The notes under the pieces are model-generated. The model saw nothing but the letters and a program-made list of their open reading frames with translations, did no database searches and was not told the DNA's origin. 64,000 nt of DNA, taken from Porticoccaceae bacterium (GTDB lineage: Bacteria > Pseudomonadota > Gammaproteobacteria > Pseudomonadales > Porticoccaceae). Of this stretch, positions 19,857 to 30,158 are shown in pieces; positions within the stretch are counted from its first letter, which is position 1; the number at the start of each line of letters is the position of its first letter. Location: positions 2,480 through 66,479 of the forward strand of contig JAQWIR010000027.1 in assembly GCA_029248755.1 (NCBI GenBank), given 5' to 3'. The translations under genes were made by a program, and so were the position numbers.

Positions 19857-21026
19857 ATGCACAAAATTCGTACCTACAACGCTATCTCCTCAAAAGGTCT
19901 CGACCGTTTTCCAGCTGAAAAATATGAAGTTGGCAGTGACTTATCAGACCCTCAAGGCTTTCTGTTAAGAAGCCAAAAATTGCATGAGGAGCAGGTTCCT
20001 CAAAGCCTATTGGCTGTAGCGAGAGCCGGTGCTGGTGTAAATAATGTACCCGTTGCCGACTATACCGATCAGGGTATTGTGGTATTCAATACGCCAGGAG
20101 CTAATGCCAATGCAGTAAAAGAACTTATTGTTGCTGGCCTTCTTTTAGCATCCCGCGATATCTACGGTGGCATGAACTATGTTCAAGGTTTGACCCATAT
20201 GGATGATGGCGGCGAGATGGGCAAGTTGCTTGAGAAAGAGAAAAAGCGTTTTGCCGGTTCAGAAATTATGGGCAAGACACTGGGTGTTGTCGGTTTGGGA
20301 GCTATCGGGTCGATCATTGCTAACCTTGCTCTTGATCTTGGTATGGACGTTGTGGGCTATGATCCGGCTATTTCAGTTGAGGCCGCTTGGCAGCTTTCAA
20401 GTCAGGTTGAGCGAATGGACAGTCTTGAAGCATTACTGGCTAAGTCAGATTTTGTAACTCTACATGTGCCAGCAATTCCGGCAACAAAGCATCTAATTAA
20501 TAGTGAAACACTCAGCGTAATGAAGAGTACGGCAAAGATTCTTAATTTTGCCCGCGAAGAAATTGTTAGCACTGAAGATATGGTCAAAGCTCTTGATAGT
20601 GGTGTAATTGCAAGTTATATCTGTGATTTCCCTACTCCTGAATTCTTGGGTAACCCAAAAATAATAGCAATGCCTCATATTGGCGCTAGTACAGCTGAAG
20701 CTGAAGAAAACTGTGCGGTGATGGCGGCTAATCAACTGATGGATTATATCGAAAACGGTAATATTCATAATTCGGTAAACTTTCCTCCGACCAAGTTGGC
20801 GCGCAATAGCGGGAGTCGTTTGACCTTCGCCAACCAAAATGTGCCTAAGGTGCTTGGTAGCGTGCTTTCTATACTTGCTGACTTTGATCTAAATGTTGTC
20901 GACATGGTAAACAAGAGTCGTAACGAAGTGGCCTATAACATTATCGATGTTGAAGGTGATATCTCTGCTGAAATGGTACAAAAGGTAGAGCAAGTTGAAG
21001 GTGTTATTCGGGTAAGAGCGATTTAG
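19857..21026 (+). CDS. serA: D-3-phosphoglycerate dehydrogenase with C-terminal ACT domain
   Basis: ARAGAGVNN, GLGAIG and PHIGASTAEAE; ACT tail; follows serC. Confidence 0.93.
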   Translation: MHKIRTYNAISSKGLDRFPAEKYEVGSDLSDPQGFLLRSQKLHEEQVPQSLLAVARAGAGVNNVPVADYTDQGIVVFNTPGANANAVKELIVAGLLLASRDIYGGMNYVQGLTHMDDGGEMGKLLEKEKKRFAGSEIMGKTLGVVGLGAIGSIIANLALDLGMDVVGYDPAISVEAAWQLSSQVERMDSLEALLAKSDFVTLHVPAIPATKHLINSETLSVMKSTAKILNFAREEIVSTEDMVKALDSGVIASYICDFPTPEFLGNPKIIAMPHIGASTAEAEENCAVMAANQLMDYIENGNIHNSVNFPPTKLARNSGSRLTFANQNVPKVLGSVLSILADFDLNVVDMVNKSRNEVAYNIIDVEGDISAEMVQKVEQVEGVIRVRAI

Positions 21027-21034
21027 TTTTTTTA

Positions 21035-22024
21035 CTAATCGAAAAGCTTTGCTCTAACAGTTTGGCGATATGCCTTTGGTGTATCGCCAGACCAATACTT
21101 AAAGCGCGACGAAAACCATGTGGCATCTTTAAACCCGCTGAATCCAGCAATTTCCAATATCGATAAATCAGTATTCTTAAGTAAGTCACAGGCAAAAGTC
21201 ATTCGCACATGGGTTAGATAGTCTATTGGAGTCTGTCCGGTTGCAACCTTAAAGCGCCGGTTAAAAGTTCTTGTGGTCATGCCAAACTGTTCAGCAAGTT
21301 TCGGAATATTCAGTGGCTTTGCTAAGTTATCCTGAGTCCAAATTTGCGCTTGAGCAATGGCTTCATCGCCGTGCTTGCCCTGTCGTTCGCCCTCAAGGTT
21401 TGCCGATTCAGTCAGATTGCGAATTTCGTGAAAAAAGTTTCTCTGTGCCTGACGTGCAATGATGCGCCCAAAAATACGTTCTACCTGATGCATAATAAGC
21501 TCTGCCATAGCATTGACACTAGCGGCACAGTAAATATTGCCTGCTTGAGTGGTAAATTGCTCTCGCTCTAGCAGTATTCTTGGGTAACGACGCTGTAATT
21601 GATCAAAATAATGCCAATGAGTGGTAGCAGGTTTATCATCAAGTAGTCCCGCCTCAGCAAGAAAACAAACCCCTGTTCCCACCGCAGTAAAATTTGAGTT
21701 TTTTCTATGTTGTTCCTGTAGCCATGGAATGTAGGCATGGTATTTATCAACCACAGGTCTAGGGTTTCGCCACATAGCCGGAATATGCACCAAGTCACTA
21801 TCAAAAAGATCGCCAAGAGAATGGGTTGGATGCAATTCAAATCCAGCGGACGTTTTAACCGCTTTGCCGTCAGGGCTAAGCCAGCGAATATTAATTTCTT
21901 TAGTATTTTCTCGATTGGCACGCGCAGCCGTTTGCGCAAAGTTGAAAATTTCTGCAGCTAGGGTGGTGCTCGAAACCAGCATATTGTCGCAAAGCAATAG
22001 GGTTAAATTAAAAATCATGATCAA
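21035..22024 (-). CDS. GlxA-family (DJ-1/PfpI + AraC HTH) transcriptional regulator
   Basis: GTGVCFLAEAGLLD.KPATTHW plus a C-terminal double HTH (RTFNRRFK...GF.D..WFS.RFK...TP..YR). Confidence 0.92.
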   Translation of the reverse strand: MIMIFNLTLLLCDNMLVSSTTLAAEIFNFAQTAARANRENTKEINIRWLSPDGKAVKTSAGFELHPTHSLGDLFDSDLVHIPAMWRNPRPVVDKYHAYIPWLQEQHRKNSNFTAVGTGVCFLAEAGLLDDKPATTHWHYFDQLQRRYPRILLEREQFTTQAGNIYCAASVNAMAELIMHQVERIFGRIIARQAQRNFFHEIRNLTESANLEGERQGKHGDEAIAQAQIWTQDNLAKPLNIPKLAEQFGMTTRTFNRRFKVATGQTPIDYLTHVRMTFACDLLKNTDLSILEIAGFSGFKDATWFSSRFKYWSGDTPKAYRQTVRAKLFD

Positions 22025-22137
22025 AATATAGCATAAAAGTCTTAATAATTAACTAATATGGCTGAATAATTAATTAAATGCCCCTAAATACCGATTAAAC
22101 TGTAATACACAAGATAAAATAATTAAGGGGAAAAGGG

Positions 22138-24033
22138 ATGTCAGTTTCACTACCACTTATTGTTGGGTACGGTGGATATAATGCTGCCGGACGCAGTTCA
22201 TCTCATCAGGCGTTTAGGCGTATGATTCTTGAATCCTTATCCCCAGATCAGCAACAGCAGACTATTGTTAGCCTTGCCTGTCTGATGGGTTTAGTCACAA
22301 AAATACAACAGGGTTTTGAAACTGCAGATGCACAGGTTATTGATGCCTGTGAAGTTGATAAGCAATTTCGCAGTACCGTTCTAAGCGGCACCTTGGTGAG
22401 AAAGATCACCTCTTTTGATCCAAGTGCAGTCGCTGGCAATAAAAAAGTGAGTCTGAATGCAAGTGCCGAATCTCAGCCGGTATTTATTATTGCCAAGCGT
22501 GATTTACCCACAGTCACACCTAAGCATTGGCAGTTAACCGATCTACAGGATGGCAGTTTTGAAGTTAAGTTAAGCGAAGACAGCGATTTGTTGGTGGGTT
22601 CTGACTATGAGTTGGCGGCAAAGGCTGCAGGGGAACTCCCCGAGGGTTTTGATCCTGCAGATCATTACAATGCGCGCTTTCATCCTCGTACATTACAAAT
22701 GGCATTAATGGGTGCTAGTGATGCGCTGCATTCAGTAGGTGTTGAATGGCAGACCATTGCAGATGCAGTAAAACCAGATGAAATTGGTGTTTACTCATCC
22801 AGCGGCTTTAGCCAAATGAGCGAAGAAGGCTTTGGCGGTTTATTTCAAGCGCGCTTAAAAGGCGGACGAACCACTGCTAAGCAAGTCCCCATGGGCCTTA
22901 ACTCCATGCCCGCAGATTTTATTAATGCTTATGTTTTAGGCAGTGTCGGTCATACCGAAGCGATTACCGGCGCTTGCGCTACCTTCCTTTATTGCCTACA
23001 GGCCGCAGTGCGCGATATTCGCAGCGGCGTTCGTCGGGTTGCGGTTGTGGGTAATGCAGAATCAGTCATAATGCCTGAGGTTTCTGAAGGCTTCTCGAAT
23101 ATGAGCGCCCTAGGTAGTGATGAGAATTTAGCCAAATTAGATGGTGCAGACAAGCCAGATTGGCGTCGTGCTAGCCGACCTTTTGGTGAAAACTGTGGCT
23201 TTACCCTAGCTGAGGGAACGCAGTATGTGGTGCTAATGGATGATGCCCTAACGGTTGAACTAGGTGCAGATATTCATGGCGCCATCCCCGAAATATTTAT
23301 TAATGCCGATGGCGTTAAAAAGTCTATTTCTGCGCCGGGTGTCGGCAATACCATTTCCTTTGCCAAAGCAGTGGCTGCCGCCGTAAGTATTGTCGGTAAA
23401 GAAACGGTACAAAATAATAGTTTTGTCCATGCCCATGGTTCTAGTACGCCAGCAAATCGCACCACTGAATCCGATTTAATTAATAAAGTGGCTGAAGCTT
23501 TTGATATTGAAGATTGGCCGGTAACAGCGGTTAAATCCTATGTGGGTCATACCATCTCAACGGCCAGTGGTGACCAGCTGATGTCGGCATTGGGTACCTT
23601 TAAATATCAAATTATTCCCGGCATAAAAACCATTAGCAAAGTCGCTGATGATGTTAATCAGCAACATACTGTATTCCCACTGCAAGATATGGATATGAGT
23701 GATAACAATATGCACGTGGCCTTTATTAATTCCAAAGGGTTTGGCGGTAATAACGCCACGGCAATGGTACTGTCACCCCAACAGGCAGAAAAGATGATGG
23801 CGGCGCGGTATGGCGAGCAACTAGAGGCCTATTTTGCCAAACGGAAAATCACCAGAAATAACGCCGAAGCCTATGCCAATCGCGCTGATGCCGCTGAGTT
23901 AGATGTTATTTACCGTTTTGGTGAATCATTGGTTGATGAAGATAAGGTAAGCATTACAAAAGAGGGCATTAGTATTCCTGGTTATGCTCAAGAGGTCGCT
24001 TTTGATATGGAAAACCCTTATTCGGATATGTAG
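22138..24033 (+). CDS. fabY: Beta-ketoacyl synthase, FabY (PA5174)-like
   Basis: N-terminal LPLIVGYGGYNAAGRSSSH, catalytic GACATF, HAHGSSTP, KSYVGH and NSKGFGGNN; ~630 aa. Confidence 0.85.
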   Translation: MSVSLPLIVGYGGYNAAGRSSSHQAFRRMILESLSPDQQQQTIVSLACLMGLVTKIQQGFETADAQVIDACEVDKQFRSTVLSGTLVRKITSFDPSAVAGNKKVSLNASAESQPVFIIAKRDLPTVTPKHWQLTDLQDGSFEVKLSEDSDLLVGSDYELAAKAAGELPEGFDPADHYNARFHPRTLQMALMGASDALHSVGVEWQTIADAVKPDEIGVYSSSGFSQMSEEGFGGLFQARLKGGRTTAKQVPMGLNSMPADFINAYVLGSVGHTEAITGACATFLYCLQAAVRDIRSGVRRVAVVGNAESVIMPEVSEGFSNMSALGSDENLAKLDGADKPDWRRASRPFGENCGFTLAEGTQYVVLMDDALTVELGADIHGAIPEIFINADGVKKSISAPGVGNTISFAKAVAAAVSIVGKETVQNNSFVHAHGSSTPANRTTESDLINKVAEAFDIEDWPVTAVKSYVGHTISTASGDQLMSALGTFKYQIIPGIKTISKVADDVNQQHTVFPLQDMDMSDNNMHVAFINSKGFGGNNATAMVLSPQQAEKMMAARYGEQLEAYFAKRKITRNNAEAYANRADAAELDVIYRFGESLVDEDKVSITKEGISIPGYAQEVAFDMENPYSDM

Positions 24034-24045
24034 GGAAAACTCTGT

Positions 24046-24786
24046 CTAATTAAGTTCCCTATTGATAATGTGACCAAGCGTATTATGCGTTTGAAAATTA
24101 ATGCGCCTCGCTTGCCCAATCCATTCAGTACTTTCCTTGCTATCCTTTGCTGTCTGAACAGTAAATCTTCCACCATGCACCGCAATAATATCACCGCTTT
24201 CACTGTCTAAAATAGGACTTCCCGAGCTACCTTGTTGGACGGGGCAGTTATGCAGTAGCAGTGCATCATTTGCAAGTTGGGGGTGGTTAATTTTTTGGCA
24301 TTTTGTCTGTTTAAAGCTATCCAAATTAGGCCCTATAAAAGAAAGCTCTGATACCTGATTAGAAACATCCTGCGCTAGCTTAAGAGCGGGTTGATGAGCG
24401 GTATTTTTTAGCTTTATAAAAACAAGATCGCTTTCGGCTTGAGCAATTTTATCTTTATTAGTGACCGAGTATTTGTGGGCAGATACTGTTTCAAAGCCAA
24501 TGCCGCTGAGTCGTTTATTTTTCGGTCGATAATCACATTGGTTAAAAATCTGATCGGTTTGCGGGTTATAAAGTACATGCGCTGCAGTCACAATAACCGA
24601 GTCATTGTCATTAAAATTTGGAGATAATTGAATATGCGTGGCGATTCCACGAATGCCGCCGTCGCAGTAAATGGTGCCTACCGCTTGGGTATAATCTCCA
24701 GCTTGTGATGGTATTGAGCAAAGCATAAACAGGGCAGTGACTATTGTTAGAAAACTAGAATTTTTTCTGCCTAGTCTGTACTTCAC
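24046..24786 (-). CDS. Secreted trypsin-like (S1) serine protease
   Basis: TAAH, SDL and GSSGSP catalytic triad motifs; signal peptide; GTG 24786 coupled to the rsmE stop (TAGTG). Confidence 0.8.
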   Translation of the reverse strand: MKYRLGRKNSSFLTIVTALFMLCSIPSQAGDYTQAVGTIYCDGGIRGIATHIQLSPNFNDNDSVIVTAAHVLYNPQTDQIFNQCDYRPKNKRLSGIGFETVSAHKYSVTNKDKIAQAESDLVFIKLKNTAHQPALKLAQDVSNQVSELSFIGPNLDSFKQTKCQKINHPQLANDALLLHNCPVQQGSSGSPILDSESGDIIAVHGGRFTVQTAKDSKESTEWIGQARRINFQTHNTLGHIINRELN

Positions 24787-25517
24787 TATCCCATATCTCC
24801 CCACAGCGATTGCAGGATGGATATTGCGGCTAGCGGCGCAGTTTCGGTTCGAAGTACTCGCGGGCCCAACCCAAGAGGTTGAAAATCTAATGCCATGGCC
24901 TGTTCAATTTCAGTCTCACTTAAGCCACCCTCCGGGCCAATTAGTAGAGCTATCTGAGCGCTTGGTTGTTGCATGTCTCTGAGGCTTTTATCGGTTCGGT
25001 GGTGCAGAACTAACTTAAGTGAAGCGTCGCAACTAGTTTGCCACTGCTCCAGTTTTAGCGGATTGTTAATTGCAGGTACTTTATTACGCTGACTCTGCTC
25101 ACAGGCACTTATGGCAACCTGTTGCCAGTGACCGATTTTCTTGTCGAGTCGATCACCACTGAGCTTTACTTCACAGCGTTCAGTAAACAGGGGGGTGATT
25201 TCACTGATGCCAAGCTCGGTGGCTTTTTGAACTATCCAGTCCATACGCTCGCCGCGAGAAATCCCAATGGCCAGCTGAATGGAGAGGGATGATTCACGAT
25301 CTATATCAACAAACTCATTGATTAAAACCGTAGCTTTGCCTTTTTTTGCATCCACTAACTCAGCTTTATACTCCCCGCCTTTGCCATTAAATACGATAAG
25401 AGGCTGACCCGAAGTCATTCGCAGTGCTGAAGTGAGATGGCGCGCAGGGCCCGCTTCAAGTGCAATGCAATCGCCAATGGCAATGGTCTGCGGCGAATAA
25501 ACTCTGGGGATACGCAT
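24786..25517 (-). CDS. rsmE: 16S rRNA m3U1498 methyltransferase
   Basis: QKATELG, ACEQ, IGPEGG and LGPRVLRTETA. Confidence 0.97.
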   Translation of the reverse strand: MRIPRVYSPQTIAIGDCIALEAGPARHLTSALRMTSGQPLIVFNGKGGEYKAELVDAKKGKATVLINEFVDIDRESSLSIQLAIGISRGERMDWIVQKATELGISEITPLFTERCEVKLSGDRLDKKIGHWQQVAISACEQSQRNKVPAINNPLKLEQWQTSCDASLKLVLHHRTDKSLRDMQQPSAQIALLIGPEGGLSETEIEQAMALDFQPLGLGPRVLRTETAPLAAISILQSLWGDMG

Positions 25518-25520
25518 GGC

Positions 25521-26366
25521 TTAATTCGAGCTATCCAAGCCTAAGTTGTAGCACAGGCTATCCGAGATCTGCCACTGATTCATGGTGTAAAAATGCAATC
25601 CCGGCGCACCACCAGCCAGCAAGGTTTCACATAATTGGCTAACAATTTCAATGCCATAGGCAATTAAATCTTCTTGATTATCTTTGCGCTCTTTTAGTTG
25701 CCATTGCAACCAGCGCGGAATTTCTGCACCACAGTTTTCAGAGAATCGCAGTAGGTTCTGAAAGTTAGTTAAAGGCATAATTCCTGGGACTATAGGCTTG
25801 TCGATGCCAGCTTTCTGACAGTTTTCGACAAATTGAAAATAGGCATCTGGATTATAAAAATACTGGGTAATCGCGCGGTTTGCACCGGCCTTAAACTTTT
25901 CACCTAACCAGAAGATGTCTTTACTGTAGCTTTCAGCTTCAGGATGAATTTCTGGGTAGGCGGCAACATTAATATCAAAGTGATCGCCGGTTTTTTCACG
26001 AATCAGTGCCACTAATTCATTAGCATGCACTAGCTGTGTAGTGCCGCCAATACCTGAGGGCAGGTCGCCACGCAACGCTACAAGGTTTGAAATGCCCGCT
26101 TGCTGGTACTCATTGATGAGCCCAAGAACGGTTTCTTGGCTGTCGCCACCAAAAGATAGATGAGGAGCCGCCTGATAACCCTGTTGCTGAAGATCCAACA
26201 CCAGTTGTTTTGTGGTATCACGCGTAGATCCGCCCGCACCATAGGTTACCGAGAAAAATTCCGGGTTATAGCGATTGAGTTTTTCGCAGGTAAGATGCAA
26301 CTTCTCACGACCCTGTTCAGTTTTTGCCGCAAAAAACTCAAAGCTAATATGTGGTTGTGTAGCCAT
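25521..26366 (-). CDS. metF: 5,10-methylenetetrahydrofolate reductase
   Basis: SFEFF, SVTYGAGGS, ALRGD, AAYPEIHP, ITQYF and HFYTMN. Confidence 0.96.
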   Translation of the reverse strand: MATQPHISFEFFAAKTEQGREKLHLTCEKLNRYNPEFFSVTYGAGGSTRDTTKQLVLDLQQQGYQAAPHLSFGGDSQETVLGLINEYQQAGISNLVALRGDLPSGIGGTTQLVHANELVALIREKTGDHFDINVAAYPEIHPEAESYSKDIFWLGEKFKAGANRAITQYFYNPDAYFQFVENCQKAGIDKPIVPGIMPLTNFQNLLRFSENCGAEIPRWLQWQLKERKDNQEDLIAYGIEIVSQLCETLLAGGAPGLHFYTMNQWQISDSLCYNLGLDSSN

Positions 26367-26381
26367 AAAAAATCCGTTTTA

Positions 26382-27773
26382 TTAGTACTTGTAGCTATCG
26401 TTTTTGAACGGGCCATCAACAGTAACATTGATATACTCGGCTTGTGCCTCGGTTAACTTGGTAATAACACCACCAAATCCTCGGACCATATGGGCAGCCA
26501 CTTCTTCATCAAGATGTTTTGGCAGTACTTCTACGCCCAATAGCTCGGCCTGTGTTGCTTTATCTTGGTTGGCAAAGGCACGACCATAGAGTTCAATCTG
26601 CGCTAACACTTGATTGGCAAATGAGCCATCCATAATTCGGCTCGGATGCCCTGTTGCATTACCCAGATTGACTAAGCGTCCCTCTGCTAAAAGAAGGAGA
26701 TGGTCATTGTTTTCTTGGTTACGGTAAACCTTGTGCACCTGTGGTTTAATTTCTTCCCAGTGCCAAGTTTCGCGCATGTAGGCGGTATCAATTTCATTAT
26801 CAAAGTGACCGATATTGCAGACTACACAGCCGCTTTTAATGGCAGCAAGCACACTAGAATCACACACGTTGTAGTTACCGGTTGTAGTCACCAAAAGATC
26901 GGTAGTAGCGAGTAAATCTGTGTTCACGCCCTGATTGAAATCACCCTGATTGTAGGTTGAAACCACCTCAAAGCCGTCCATGCAGGCCTGCATGGCACAG
27001 ATTGGGTCCACTTCAGTAACTTTAACAATCATGCCTTCTTGACGCAGTGATTGCGCGGAGCCTTTACCCACATCACCGTATCCAATAACCAGCGCTTTTT
27101 TGCCTGATAGTAGGTGGTCAGTGGCGCGTTTAATCGCATCATTAAGACTGTGACGACAGCCGTATTTATTGTCATTTTTTGACTTGGTGACAGAGTCATT
27201 AACGTTGATAGCAGGTACTTTAAGCTCACCCGCTTCAAGCATTTCGTATAAGCGATGAACACCCGTAGTGGTTTCCTCGGTCACGCCATGCACATGGTCC
27301 AGAACCTCAGGGTATTTTTCATGCAATAGCGAGGTAAGATCACCGCCATCGTCCAAAATCATATTGGCATTCCAAGGCTCACCATCTTTTAATACTTGCT
27401 GTTCTAAACACCAGTCATATTCTTCTTCAGTTTCACCTTTCCAGGCAAACACCGGGGTGCCATTAGCGGCAATAGCCGCCGCCGCATGATCCTGTGTCGA
27501 GAAAATATTACATGAGGTCCAACGAACTTCTGCGCCTAGCGACTCCAATGTTTCAATTAACACTGCAGTTTGAATGGTAATATGGATACAACCCAAAATT
27601 CTTGAGCCAGCCAGTGGTTGCTCAGCATTATATTTACTACGAAGCGCCATCAGTGCAGGCATCTCTGATTCAGCAATCGAGATTTCTTTTCTACCCCATT
27701 CTGCTAGGTTGATATCAGCCACTTTATAATCAGTGAATGGTGCATTATTTTTTACGGATTTTAGTACGGTCAT
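26382..27773 (-). CDS. ahcY: S-adenosylhomocysteine hydrolase
   Basis: [37 protein letters not shown] and LGNATGHPS. Confidence 0.98.
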   Translation of the reverse strand: MTVLKSVKNNAPFTDYKVADINLAEWGRKEISIAESEMPALMALRSKYNAEQPLAGSRILGCIHITIQTAVLIETLESLGAEVRWTSCNIFSTQDHAAAAIAANGTPVFAWKGETEEEYDWCLEQQVLKDGEPWNANMILDDGGDLTSLLHEKYPEVLDHVHGVTEETTTGVHRLYEMLEAGELKVPAINVNDSVTKSKNDNKYGCRHSLNDAIKRATDHLLSGKKALVIGYGDVGKGSAQSLRQEGMIVKVTEVDPICAMQACMDGFEVVSTYNQGDFNQGVNTDLLATTDLLVTTTGNYNVCDSSVLAAIKSGCVVCNIGHFDNEIDTAYMRETWHWEEIKPQVHKVYRNQENNDHLLLLAEGRLVNLGNATGHPSRIMDGSFANQVLAQIELYGRAFANQDKATQAELLGVEVLPKHLDEEVAAHMVRGFGGVITKLTEAQAEYINVTVDGPFKNDSYKY

Positions 27774-27801
27774 ATTAGTTACCTTTCAATGTGTCTATTA
27801 G

Positions 27802-28956
27802 CTACAGCGCTTTTTTAAGTTCTGCGGCTCGATCAGTTTTTTCCCAAGTGAAGCTTGATTCAGTGCGGCCAAAATGCCCATAAGCAGCAGTTTTACGATA
27901 AATTGGCTTGCGCAGATCGAGCATCTCGATTAATCCTCTCGGACGCAAATCAAATTGTTCGCGAACGAGTTCTACAATTTTTTCATCAGACAGTTTTCCC
28001 GTGCCAAATGTATTGATACTAATAGACGTAGGCTCAGAAACTCCAATAGCATAGGAAATTTGAATTTCACAGCGATCAGCTAGGCCCGCGGCAACAATAT
28101 TTTTTGCCACATAACGGCCGGCATAAGCCGCCGATCGGTCTACTTTGGTGGGATCCTTGCCCGAAAAAGCACCGCCACCATGGTGTGCCATGCCGCCATA
28201 GGTGTCGACAATGATTTTTCGGCCGGTTAGACCACAGTCACCCATTGGGCCGCCGATTTCAAAGTTACCGGTTGGGTTAATATGGTACTGAGTACCCGCA
28301 TGCAACCACTCAGCGGGCAATACATGGTCGACTATTTCGCTGCGAACGGCGGCTTGTAAATCTTTCTGTGAAATATCCGGCGAGTGCTGTGTAGATAACA
28401 CCACGGCATCCACAGCAACGGGAACACCCTGATCATATCTTAATGTGACCTGACTTTTGGCATCTGGGCGAAGCCATGGCAGTGCACCGCTCTTTCTTAA
28501 CTGAGCCTGACGCTCGACTAAGCGATGAGAATAGAAGATGGGTGCCGGCATAAGTACCGCAGTTTCATTGCTGGCATAACCAAACATTAAGCCCTGATCA
28601 CCCGCGCCTATATCTTTGTCTTCGGCTTCATCAACGCCCTGAGCAATATCCGATGATTGTTTTCCGATGGCATTAATGACCGCACAGGAATTGCCGTCAA
28701 AGCCTTTGTCAGAATGATCGTAACCAATATCAGTAATTACATCGCGAACAATTTGCTCTAAATCAACATAGGTTTTGGTGCGAACTTCACCGGCAATAAT
28801 TGCCATGCCGGTTTTGACCATAGTTTCTACTGCTACCCGTGAATGAGGGTCATCGGTAATGATGGCGTCTAAAATAGCATCAGAAATTTGATCGGCCATT
28901 TTATCTGGATGCCCTTCAGATACTGATTCAGATGTAAAAAGATTGTAGGTTGACAT
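27802..28956 (-). CDS. metK: S-adenosylmethionine synthetase
   Basis: [25 protein letters not shown] and GGGAFSGKD. Confidence 0.99.
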   Translation of the reverse strand: MSTYNLFTSESVSEGHPDKMADQISDAILDAIITDDPHSRVAVETMVKTGMAIIAGEVRTKTYVDLEQIVRDVITDIGYDHSDKGFDGNSCAVINAIGKQSSDIAQGVDEAEDKDIGAGDQGLMFGYASNETAVLMPAPIFYSHRLVERQAQLRKSGALPWLRPDAKSQVTLRYDQGVPVAVDAVVLSTQHSPDISQKDLQAAVRSEIVDHVLPAEWLHAGTQYHINPTGNFEIGGPMGDCGLTGRKIIVDTYGGMAHHGGGAFSGKDPTKVDRSAAYAGRYVAKNIVAAGLADRCEIQISYAIGVSEPTSISINTFGTGKLSDEKIVELVREQFDLRPRGLIEMLDLRKPIYRKTAAYGHFGRTESSFTWEKTDRAAELKKAL

Positions 28957-28976
28957 AAGGTTCCTTTAAAGAGTGG

Positions 28977-29972
28977 TTACAGCTTTTTAAACTGCCGAAG
29001 CTGAATGCGAAATCCATTGCGTTGTGTAAGAAATAAACTATTTCCCTCTATTAGACCTGCGGTTTCTGCCCAGCCAGTAATCTCACTTGGGTCAAAGCCG
29101 AGCCACAGATCACCACAGGCATTTTTAACCCAGTCTTGGTCATGAGCGCAAAGATCAGTAATCAGTAAAACACCATTATGGGTTAACAGATCGGCGCAGT
29201 GCTTGATGATATCTGCCGGAATAGGGTTGTGATGTAGAACCATATTGAGTGAAACAAAATCCGCCTGTATTTTTTCATTGAGGGCAGAAAGGGTATCTCC
29301 GTGTAAAAAACTAATATTATTTAAACCCTGCTTTTTAACTCGCTGTGCGCATTGCTCAAGCATTTCTGCACTGTTATCCAATGCAATCACCTGATCAAAT
29401 GTGGCGCATAACTTTTTAAGAAACTGTCCGTACCCAGGGCCAATTTCTAGCGCCTTTGATGTTGCGTCTAATGAACTTTCTAACAAGCTTTCAACACTGT
29501 CGCCGTAATCACTCCAGCTCGCAATAAGGTCCTGATTTTCTTCAAACAGAGACACATTACGATTGAAAAATTCCACTGAGGCGCTGGCGCGCTCTCGGTT
29601 AATATCTGCGAGTCGCTCAGCAACATCGGCGTCAACTATTGCCTTATCAATTGCTTGAAATAGGGCTTTTTGCATTATTTGCAAATCAATATCTGGATTG
29701 AGCGGATTTCTTCTATAAAAAATAGTTGTGCCTTCTCTGCGAGAGGACACTAAACCAGCATTGGAAAGTATTTTTAGATGGTGACTCATGGCTGATTGGC
29801 GAATATCAAAAATTTGGCAGAGCTCTAATACGCCATAGGCATTTTGTTGCAGGACCTTAAGAATTTGAATGCGCAAGGGGTCTCCGGCAGCCTTACAAAG
29901 GATGCCGATGGCGCCAACTGCTTGAGGAGCAGTCTGATCAAATGTGCTTGTAGCATTGGATTGTTCTGACAT
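28977..29972 (-). CDS. sahR: ArsR HTH + SAM-methyltransferase-domain regulator (SahR)
   Basis: N-terminal ArsR HTH (QSAMSHHLKIL..AGLV..RREG) fused to EIGPGYG / NMVLHH methyltransferase domain; first gene of metK-ahcY-metF. Confidence 0.88.
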   Translation of the reverse strand: MSEQSNATSTFDQTAPQAVGAIGILCKAAGDPLRIQILKVLQQNAYGVLELCQIFDIRQSAMSHHLKILSNAGLVSSRREGTTIFYRRNPLNPDIDLQIMQKALFQAIDKAIVDADVAERLADINRERASASVEFFNRNVSLFEENQDLIASWSDYGDSVESLLESSLDATSKALEIGPGYGQFLKKLCATFDQVIALDNSAEMLEQCAQRVKKQGLNNISFLHGDTLSALNEKIQADFVSLNMVLHHNPIPADIIKHCADLLTHNGVLLITDLCAHDQDWVKNACGDLWLGFDPSEITGWAETAGLIEGNSLFLTQRNGFRIQLRQFKKL

Positions 29973-30002
29973 AGGTGGAATTTTAGCACACTGAATTTAC
30001 TC

Positions 30003-30036
30003 CATCAAAATATTTTTATATAAAAATATTTTGATG
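30003..30036. promoter_or_regulatory. Tandem SahR operator (34-bp perfect palindrome)
   Basis: CATCAAAATATTTTTATATAAAAATATTTTGATG is two abutting ATCAA-N6-TTGAT-like boxes, 30 bp upstream of sahR. Confidence 0.75.
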
Positions 30037-30158
30037 CGTAATACATGGACGAAAATAATTACAATTACAGCTGTTTAAATCAGTAATTCTGGTTTACTGA
30101 TGATGCCTTCTAGGCGACAATAGCCATTCTAAATTTGCCGCTTCAGGAGTAATAATTC

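Noticed and set aside
27774-27801. SAH riboswitch upstream of ahcY
   Set aside because: The intergenic gap is only 28 bp, leaving no room for the motif.
28170-28200. Met[10 protein letters not shown] instead of GGMARHGGG
   Set aside because: This position varies among MAT enzymes; the catalytic GRK motif is intact.
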